Below are positions 57,250-64,000 of a DNA stretch of 64,000 nt, in pieces. The stretch's first letter is position 1. Each line of letters begins with the position of its first letter. The position numbers and the translations under genes were made by a program. The notes beneath the pieces were generated by a model that saw only the letters and a program-made list of their open reading frames with translations, was not told where the DNA came from and did no database searches. The stretch is from a virus. The DNA is taken from the IMG/VR virus record IMGVR_UViG_3300032087_002755; one strand, given 5' to 3'.

Positions 57250-57933
57250 ATGACACAATTAAAAACAACCTTACTGGATTTGTATGAATTAGAAAATCTA
57301 GATTTAAAAACAACAAACAAAGACGGTAAGAGATATTACACGGATACAGATGAAACTTTTTACTATCCAAGTGTCACCAGTGTCACGGGTCTACTATCAC
57401 GTGACCATATCAAGTTGTGGAGAAAACGTGTAGGTGAAGAGACTGCAAACAAGATTACTGCACAAGCAACTAAACGTGGAACTAACTTCCATAACCTAGT
57501 AGAAGATTATTTAAGAAAAGAAAAAGAGTTTATAGAGTTTGATAACGTATTACAAGAAGGAATGTTTAAAGCTATGCAACCAGTATTAGACGAGATTATA
57601 CCGATTGCAATTGAAGCACCTCTCTATTCAAACGTATTACAAATGGCTGGACGTGTCGATTGTGTTGGTATCTTTGACGACCAGTTAAGTATTATAGATT
57701 TTAAAACCAGTGCAAAGTATAAAGAAGAGTACATGGCAAAACCATGGTACATTCAAATGACTGCATATGCAATTATGGTAGAAGAACTTACGGGTCAGGC
57801 AATCGAAGAGATTACTGCATTAGTAGCTGTGGAAGGACACAACGCCTTTCAAATATTCTCTGCAAATCCAATGGATTATGTTGACGAATTGAATGACCTT
57901 CGAGTAAGGTATAAAAATGTTTATGGAGTATAA
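57250..57933 (+). CDS. PD-(D/E)xK exonuclease (Cas4/MGME1-like)
   Basis: YPSVT, RGTNFH, AGRVDC, IIDFKTS, QMTAYA. Confidence 0.9.
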   Translation: MTQLKTTLLDLYELENLDLKTTNKDGKRYYTDTDETFYYPSVTSVTGLLSRDHIKLWRKRVGEETANKITAQATKRGTNFHNLVEDYLRKEKEFIEFDNVLQEGMFKAMQPVLDEIIPIAIEAPLYSNVLQMAGRVDCVGIFDDQLSIIDFKTSAKYKEEYMAKPWYIQMTAYAIMVEELTGQAIEEITALVAVEGHNAFQIFSANPMDYVDELNDLRVRYKNVYGV

Positions 57934-57935
57934 CA

Positions 57936-58244
57936 ATGAGTGAAACAAAAGAATTTAATTTAAACGGAGATTTCAATTGGAATAAGATAATCTCCAAAGG
58001 TGATGAGTGGGTAGAGTCCCAAGCATACGATAGTGCATATGATACACTATTAGAGTATCTTGAAATCGATAGTGAGGAAGACCTAACAGAAGAAGTGTTA
58101 GACCAAGCAGACCACCTTATCGATTATTTAACAACACCTTATTCAGAAGGTGGACTTGGTGTTCATGATACTAGTCCGACTTACTATGCTTACTATAGTA
58201 TAGTTAGAGACTGGAGAGACAACATGGAACTGGAGCAGTTTTAA
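57936..58244 (+). CDS. acidic hypothetical protein
   Basis: SD GGAG; ORF track. Confidence 0.65.
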   Translation: MSETKEFNLNGDFNWNKIISKGDEWVESQAYDSAYDTLLEYLEIDSEEDLTEEVLDQADHLIDYLTTPYSEGGLGVHDTSPTYYAYYSIVRDWRDNMELEQF

Positions 58245-58700
58245 ATGGAAATTGAAATAGGAAAAGAATATCATATCTATCCGAAGTTTAAAAAGTCTTA
58301 CACTGAACGTGAAGTGTTTAAGAACAATGACAACGAAGATAGAGTGGTCATAGAATGTCTTTGGAGAAGTGGTTGTTATATCATTAAGGTGACTAACGAA
58401 GAAGAGAAGGAAACCTTAGAAGCTTATATGAAAGATGATGCAGAAGGTGATATGGAACCATGTGAATTCGAAGAGAATGAATTCATAGAATCCTTTGACG
58501 AATGTGGACGTGATTATTATATCCACCTTGCAGAAGGGAGTGAAGCAGACGAAGACGAAATGCAAGAACAACTGGAAGAAGAAGGACATGATTGGTTATG
58601 GGAAAACAACTATGACTCATGGGATTGTGAACACTTCTTTCGTTTACCATTACAAGTAGACCCAGTTGACCCCGAAAACAGATATAACTTAAGGTGGTAA
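58245..58700 (+). CDS. acidic hypothetical protein
   Basis: KKSYTERE...WRSG pattern. Confidence 0.7.
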   Translation: MEIEIGKEYHIYPKFKKSYTEREVFKNNDNEDRVVIECLWRSGCYIIKVTNEEEKETLEAYMKDDAEGDMEPCEFEENEFIESFDECGRDYYIHLAEGSEADEDEMQEQLEEEGHDWLWENNYDSWDCEHFFRLPLQVDPVDPENRYNLRW

Positions 58701-58701
58701 T

Positions 58702-58941
58702 ATGATATCAAGAAAAGAGTTCTCAGAACAAGTTGAAAAACTAATTGTCAAAGGACGAGGTGCAGATATCATGTCTGCAATTGTAAAGGTTTGTGAGTTA
58801 AACAATATCGAACCCGAAAGTGCAAAGAGATTGTTAACACAACCTCTCAAAGATAAACTGGAAGCAGAAGCTGCTGGTTTAAATTTAATTAACCGAGGTA
58901 AGAATTCCAAAGGAAGTATTGCCTCATTCTTTTCAGATTAG
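58702..58941 (+). CDS. gp33: late-promoter transcription coactivator
   Basis: FSEQVE...AIV..CE.NNIEPE...LKDKLEAEA..LN; upstream of gp59/gp32. Confidence 0.88.
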   Translation: MISRKEFSEQVEKLIVKGRGADIMSAIVKVCELNNIEPESAKRLLTQPLKDKLEAEAAGLNLINRGKNSKGSIASFFSD

Positions 58942-58949
58942 GAGTAATT

Positions 58950-59237
58950 ATGAAAAAAGGTGATATAGTAGCAGTCGTTGCTACAAGTGGTGAGTATGTT
59001 GGTGAACTAGTAAGTAGTAAACCAGTAACACTTGCTAATCCAAAAATGATTGTCAACACACCCGAAGGAGGAATGGGTTTCTCTAAAGGTGTTGCAGTGA
59101 CAGGTGAAGTGAATCCAACTGAAATGATATTTGGTTCATATGTTTTTATTGCTAAGTGTAACAAAGAAGTTGCAGAAGCACATAGAACTGCAGTAAGTGG
59201 TATCGAAATTCCAAAGGAAAAGAAGATAATAACTTAA
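58950..59237 (+). CDS. small Sm-like hypothetical protein
   Basis: GDIV.V..TSGEYVG; C-terminal SGIEIP. Confidence 0.65.
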   Translation: MKKGDIVAVVATSGEYVGELVSSKPVTLANPKMIVNTPEGGMGFSKGVAVTGEVNPTEMIFGSYVFIAKCNKEVAEAHRTAVSGIEIPKEKKIIT

Positions 59238-59827
59238 TGACAAGTCGTGAAGGATATGATGCATACACTCTTTATCTTGGAATAAAGTTACACTTTCATT
59301 CTAAGGACTATGACTTTATAAAGTACAATGGTAAAGTAAAGAGTGATATCAATTCATTTCTGAAACGAAAGGACAAATACCACTTTGGTAAATTGTTCAA
59401 AACCCACAAACAAGAATTGCAAGACTTTTACATTGCAAACTTGTCTCTAAAGGACTCATGGGCTGGTGACTTACTTGATAACGAGTGTGTTAAAGTCTAT
59501 AAGGAATGGAAGAAAAGAAATCAGAAACTATCGTATCTATTTGAAACGGAAGTTGCTGATTTACTTCGTAAGAGGACTATCAATAAAGTGTTAGAAGTGA
59601 AGAACGGACAACACCCTATATTACTCAAAGAGTTTTTAGGTAAGAAGATATCCCTCGAGACGATGTGTATCTTAGATGAAATCATTGGTTTCACCAAAGA
59701 TTGGGAACGACTCATTTCGGAAAATTTGGTCTACCCCGATGTACAGAATAGGATAAACAAATACAAAAGTTTTGTATCTGTAGATATCAATAAGTACAAA
59801 AAGGTGTTGATTGAATTATGCTTATAG
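59237..59827 (+). CDS. gp59: helicase loader
   Basis: YLGIKLHF...YDFIKY.GK...FLKRKDKY.F.KL; ISLET. Confidence 0.92.
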   Translation: MTSREGYDAYTLYLGIKLHFHSKDYDFIKYNGKVKSDINSFLKRKDKYHFGKLFKTHKQELQDFYIANLSLKDSWAGDLLDNECVKVYKEWKKRNQKLSYLFETEVADLLRKRTINKVLEVKNGQHPILLKEFLGKKISLETMCILDEIIGFTKDWERLISENLVYPDVQNRINKYKSFVSVDINKYKKVLIELCL

Positions 59828-60011
59828 AAGCGTTTCAAAGGACATACACTAGTATGTATAAAAACTTAAAGTCTAAGAAATACTAAATATAAGGTATGTT
59901 TCAAAAACCCTCTTGTAGGATTAGTAGAAATATACTATAATAGGAGTATAGGAACCAAGGTTCTTATACATGATAAAATGCTAATACAATGTTATACAAT
60001 AGGAGAATACA

Positions 60012-60911
60012 ATGTCAACATCATTAGATAAACTAAGAGCAGCAATGGAAACTGCTTCCCCTTCAGCGGGAGAAAAAAAATCCTTTCAAGACGACACCAT
60101 GTGGAAACCCGAACTAGATAAAACTGGTAATGGTTATGCTGTGGTTCGTTTCTTACCTACTCCCGAAGGAGAAGAGATGCCTTGGGTATCATACTTCGAC
60201 CACGGGTTCCAAGGGCCAGGCGGTTGGTATATTGAGAAGTCTTTGACTACCCTCAATAAACAAGACCCTGTCTCTGAATACAATTCTCAGTTGTGGAATA
60301 CAGGAATTGAAGCAAACAAAGAGATTGCACGTAAACAGAAAAGACGTTTACATTATGTGTCTAATGTCTATGTTGTTTCAGACCCAAAAAATCCCGACAA
60401 TGAGGGTAAAGTTTTCAAATACAGATTTGGTAAAAAAATCTTTGAACAACTCAAAGAAGCTATCTCACCTGCGTTTGAAGACGAAAATGCAATAAATCCT
60501 TTTGATTTAAGAGGAGAAGGTGCTAACTTCAAAATCAAAATCAGAAAAGTAGACGGATACTGGAACTATGATAAATCAGAGTTCGAAAGTCCTTCACCAC
60601 TTTTTGATGACGAAGATAAGTTAAATGAGATAAATAACTCTACTTATTCTTTAAACGAAGTGATTGCACCAAGTGAGTTCAAGTCTTATGACGAACTAAA
60701 AGAGAAACTCGATAGAGTTCTCGGACTCACTGGAAGTGTATCAACTGCTACTGCAGAAAGTGTTGCAGAAGACTTAGACGAAGTGCCTTGGTCAAATGTA
60801 AACACTGAAACTGTTGCAGAGGAACCTGTAATCGCATCAGCAGAATCTACTCCACAAGTTGAAGAAGATGACGCGATGGATTACTTTAAGAAACTAGCTT
60901 CTGATAGTTAG
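60012..60911 (+). CDS. gp32: single-stranded DNA-binding protein
   Basis: WKPELDKTGNGYAVVRFLP, HGFQGPGGWYIE, GANFKIKIR, NYDKSEF; acidic tail DAMDYFKKLA. Confidence 0.97.
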   Translation: MSTSLDKLRAAMETASPSAGEKKSFQDDTMWKPELDKTGNGYAVVRFLPTPEGEEMPWVSYFDHGFQGPGGWYIEKSLTTLNKQDPVSEYNSQLWNTGIEANKEIARKQKRRLHYVSNVYVVSDPKNPDNEGKVFKYRFGKKIFEQLKEAISPAFEDENAINPFDLRGEGANFKIKIRKVDGYWNYDKSEFESPSPLFDDEDKLNEINNSTYSLNEVIAPSEFKSYDELKEKLDRVLGLTGSVSTATAESVAEDLDEVPWSNVNTETVAEEPVIASAESTPQVEEDDAMDYFKKLASDS

Positions 60912-60924
60912 TTTCTAATATGGG

Positions 60925-61079
60925 GTAGTCGTTTAATTCATAATGAATAACTTGAAAGACGACTACAACACTAAGACCGTGGAAATGGGGGTACTTAGTA
61001 AGGGAAAGGTCAGTAGCAAATCTATTGCGGACTGGTCGGTGAAGAACGGGTTGCTGTAAGGCGTGGGGTGACTTCACAC
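60925..61079 (+). ncRNA. candidate structured RNA downstream of gene 32
   Basis: GC-elevated 180-nt intergenic gap with several stems. Confidence 0.4.
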
Positions 61080-61091
61080 TTTTAGATTATT

Positions 61092-61979
61092 ATGAAAAGT
61101 GAATACTACAAAAACATTCTACCATGGAATGAAAACGAAAGGGTTATCGACCAGTTTGGTTGGAACCCTCAGTCAGTTATAACACCTACTAAATCATCTA
61201 AGAACAATTGGGACGATGCATACTTAACTGCATACGAAGAAAAGAGAGGAGTTTGTCCTCGTCTTCCTAATGGTTTAATGATGTCGGAGTTTCATGCTGG
61301 TTTATGTGAGAACATAGTTCACTATTGGTCTATGGTTGGTGATACAATCGTTGACCCTTTTGCTGGAAGAATGACACGTGCATTCGTGTCTGCTTCATTA
61401 GGAAGAAATTATGTTGGTTATGACGTATCTTCTGAAACAGTAAAAAAAGTTAGAGAGGAAATGGGAAGACATTCCTTTGACGGATACTATGATATCTTAG
61501 AGAGTGACGGGTGTGAAATGTCTCATACAGATGATGAGAGTGCAAACTTAGTTATGACTTGTCCACCTTACGGGGATATAGAAAGATATGAAAGTGCAGA
61601 GGGTCAGTTATCCGACCTAAGAAAGTATGAAGACTTTTGTGAAAGGATACAAGTTTGTGGAAACAACATAGAGAGAGTTTTAAAGCCAGGCGGGTTTTGT
61701 GTTTGGGTTTGTGGTGATTGGAGAAGGGACGGAGAATACAAACCTTTTCATTCAGATACCATAAATATGTTCACTAAATCGGGTCTGAAATTACATGATA
61801 TAATAGTCATGAAGAACGACACTATATTTGCAGCCTTACAAGCGGGTAAGTGTGCAAGTAAACGATACACTGCGAAAGTACATGAGTTCATTCTAGTGTT
61901 TCGTAAAGAAGGAGAACTAGAGTATAGTTCAGATAAAATAAAAAACAGAGAGGAATCGTTAGAACAATTTTTTAAATAA
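61092..61979 (+). CDS. N4-C/N6-A DNA methyltransferase family protein
   Basis: IVDPFAG (SAM binding), TCPPY, LKPGG, HEFILVF. Confidence 0.85.
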   Translation: MKSEYYKNILPWNENERVIDQFGWNPQSVITPTKSSKNNWDDAYLTAYEEKRGVCPRLPNGLMMSEFHAGLCENIVHYWSMVGDTIVDPFAGRMTRAFVSASLGRNYVGYDVSSETVKKVREEMGRHSFDGYYDILESDGCEMSHTDDESANLVMTCPPYGDIERYESAEGQLSDLRKYEDFCERIQVCGNNIERVLKPGGFCVWVCGDWRRDGEYKPFHSDTINMFTKSGLKLHDIIVMKNDTIFAALQAGKCASKRYTAKVHEFILVFRKEGELEYSSDKIKNREESLEQFFK

Positions 61980-61980
61980 T

Positions 61981-62229
61981 ATGACAACAGTAACACCAAG
62001 AATAAATCCTAAGAATAGGCAAGAAGAACCTTTTGACAGAATGTTAAGAAGGTTTAAAAAGAATTGTGAGAAGAAGGGTATAGTTCAAGAGTGTAGAGAC
62101 AGAAAGTATTATGAGAAACCTAACACTAAGAGAAATCAAAAGAATCAAGAGATTAAACGTAGAAGGAAGTTGGAAGCAAAACGTGCTAACCAACCAAGAA
62201 GACACCCCTTCTATGGTGTATTAAAATGA
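61981..62229 (+). CDS. rpsU: 30S ribosomal protein bS21
   Basis: [27 protein letters not shown]. Confidence 0.93.
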   Translation: MTTVTPRINPKNRQEEPFDRMLRRFKKNCEKKGIVQECRDRKYYEKPNTKRNQKNQEIKRRRKLEAKRANQPRRHPFYGVLK

Positions 62230-62345
62230 GAACAAAGAGAGAAAAAAGAGTTATTAGACAGTTTCTTATCTCTGCATTGATAGGGATATTAGGTATAGCA
62301 GCTGCAATATATCTTTTTTTAAATTATCAACCACCACTGATATAA
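62226..62345 (+). CDS. small membrane peptide (39 aa)
   Basis: ATGA coupling; basic N-terminus then TM helix. Confidence 0.5.
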   Translation: MRTKREKRVIRQFLISALIGILGIAAAIYLFLNYQPPLI

Positions 62346-62351
62346 TGAATT

Positions 62352-62552
62352 ATGACAAAATGGCATGGAGGAAAGGGTTCCAAAAGACGGAACTCAAACG
62401 AGGAACTCTACTCAGATAACTGGGAGAAAATCTTTGGCAAACCAAAACCTAATGTCAGTGTTCGTAAAGAAACACCCACCCACGGACTAACTCAAGTCCA
62501 CAAAGATAAAACGAAGGTTATCCCTCGTAAAGATAAGTATAAAACGATTTAG
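62352..62552 (+). CDS. small basic conserved phage protein
   Basis: WHGGKGSKRR...YSDNWEKIF...VHKDKTK. Confidence 0.7.
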   Translation: MTKWHGGKGSKRRNSNEELYSDNWEKIFGKPKPNVSVRKETPTHGLTQVHKDKTKVIPRKDKYKTI

Positions 62553-64000
62553 AAGTCTTCGTCACCAATACCCATTGCACCACCAAACTTATAGACTGAA
62601 TAGTCGTCATTGTTAGTTTGTGGTTTGTTTAGGTTATTGTATGTTCTTCCTTGATTGACAATGTTTTGATTACTTGCCATTGCAATTTGATTTCCAGTAG
62701 AAGCAGTTGCAGACACTTCTTGTCTTGCATTCTTAACCATTCCACCTTGGTCTTGAACACCAGCTGCAGAAATCTCTTCGGGTGAATATAAGTGTGGTAT
62801 TCCGAATTTTTGTCTTGCAACAATATTGTGTTCTAACATCATTTCTTGCAGTTTAGATAATCTAATTTCTTCTGCTTGTCTTTGACCAGTAAGTTCTGCT
62901 TTGACTTGTGACATTTCCATTGACATTGCACTAGGTTGTCTTTGAACGTCTCCACCTGTTCCTATGAAGTCGTCTAACTCATCTGCAGCGTAATATGCAC
63001 CACCCGAAATACCATCAAGTCTCTGTTGTGATTTTTGTGCTTGTTCAGCAATTCTTTCTTCTTCAGTGGTTCCCATCATTTTTCCAGCAAATGAAGTCAT
63101 TTTATCCCACCAACTTTCTTCTTTAGGAACACCACTTTCTAATCTGATAAGTGCAGCTGATAATAAATCAATAGATTCTGCGAATTTTTTTAGACTCTTT
63201 GCTTTTCCGTCAACGTCACTAAACAACTTAATAGCACCTTCTGCATTTTGTAGTTTTTCAAATGCAACTCCTAGTTGTGTAATCTTAGTCATGTCTACAT
63301 CTTGTAAACCTTTTGCAAAGTCAGTGACTTTCTCCATAGGAGATTTTGCACCGAATAGACTTCCGATACCTTCCATTAGACTTCCTAATAGATTTCCACC
63401 AGTCATTGCTACTAGACCAGCACCAATCGCTGCTAATCCAGCACCAACTAGAATTAAGTTAGCACCGTCAACCAAACTAATCTTAATAAGGTCACCAATG
63501 AACATATTGAATGCACCAGCAGCCATTTCAGCTGCAAATGCAAATGGAATCAGAGCTGCACCTAAGGCTGCGATTGCAACAGCACCTAATAACATTACTG
63601 GAAGCATACCACCCAGTATTGCAGCTGCTACACCTAGTGCAGTAAGTCCGACTGCAATGGTTAGTATAGTTCCTAAACCTGCGTCTTTCATTAACTTAAG
63701 TGCAAATGCAAATGGAATTAAGGCTGCACCCAATACACCGATTGCAAGAGCACCTTTAAGAATTCCAAATGTTGCTTTACCGATAAGTCTTGCAAACATG
63801 ATTAAAGCACCAAGTGCAACAAAACCTTTAAACATAGTTTTGAAGTCTAATCCATTAAATGCTTTTAGTCCTATTGCAAGAAGTCCTACTGTTCCACCAA
63901 GTATACCAAGTGTTAATGCACCTTTTAATACTTTAGAGTCACCAAATTTTTTGACTCCGTTTGCAATTGATTTTAAGAAACCACCACTCTTGCCTGATTT
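62549..64000 (-). CDS. tape-measure/baseplate-hub-like protein, C-terminal part (5' end outside window)
   Basis: Frame stays open from 64000 (KSGKSGGFLKSIA...); repeated GALAI..LGAALIPFAFA Gly/Ala-rich helices; converges on the gene 32 block as in T4-like genomes. Confidence 0.7.
   Translation of the reverse strand, partial: KSGKSGGFLKSIANGVKKFGDSKVLKGALTLGILGGTVGLLAIGLKAFNGLDFKTMFKGFVALGALIMFARLIGKATFGILKGALAIGVLGAALIPFAFALKLMKDAGLGTILTIAVGLTALGVAAAILGGMLPVMLLGAVAIAALGAALIPFAFAAEMAAGAFNMFIGDLIKISLVDGANLILVGAGLAAIGAGLVAMTGGNLLGSLMEGIGSLFGAKSPMEKVTDFAKGLQDVDMTKITQLGVAFEKLQNAEGAIKLFSDVDGKAKSLKKFAESIDLLSAALIRLESGVPKEESWWDKMTSFAGKMMGTTEEERIAEQAQKSQQRLDGISGGAYYAADELDDFIGTGGDVQRQPSAMSMEMSQVKAELTGQRQAEEIRLSKLQEMMLEHNIVARQKFGIPHLYSPEEISAAGVQDQGGMVKNARQEVSATASTGNQIAMASNQNIVNQGRTYNNLNKPQTNNDDYSVYKFGGAMGIGDEDF

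Noticed and set aside
435-61999. Numerous 60-170 aa minus-strand and alternate-frame ORFs in the ORF track
   Set aside because: They are shadows of well-supported + strand genes, tRNAs or intergenic elements, lack RBS and motifs, and have antisense-typical composition
1-64000. Assignment as a cyanophage or as a bacterial chromosome/prophage
   Set aside because: No photosynthesis genes, integrase or host housekeeping operons in the window; the host-like genes sit among T4-like core genes, several behind phage promoters

Overview
This 64-kb window is part of an AT-rich T4-like (myovirus) phage genome, probably marine and infecting a Gram-negative heterotroph (host inferred only from gene content: spanins, a porin, IscU/IscA, RimK). 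Nearly all genes are on the + strand; a tape-measure/baseplate-like gene enters on the - strand at the right end. Core replication genes present: gp43, uvsX, gp41, gp61, nrdA/nrdB/glutaredoxin, RNase H, gp33, gp59, gp32. Accessory content: a ~12-kb block of Lys/Glu-rich, probably capsid-packaged proteins (including a ligase-like KxDG protein and an HxGH nucleotidyltransferase-P-loop kinase fusion); four tRNAs with two free-standing homing endonucleases; IscU and IscA; five 2OG-Fe(II) oxygenases; a split carbamoyltransferase; a PLP enzyme; radical SAM plus SDR; a RimK-protease fusion; ribosomal protein bS21; and a porin. Most notable unannotated signals: (1) a complete -1 programmed frameshift signal (internal SD, A_AAA_AAG, downstream hairpin) extending a lipoprotein; (2) many early and late promoters that place an ATG at the predicted +1, i.e. 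a leaderless-mRNA programme alongside phage ribosome-modifying genes; (3) T4 capsid-targeting-like N-termini on enzymes; (4) a tRNA-Thr with a reciprocally rewired D/T-loop elbow; (5) several structured non-coding RNA candidates; (6) a probable replication origin near 38.4-39.6 kb. All family calls come from motif recognition by eye; no database searches or computations were run.
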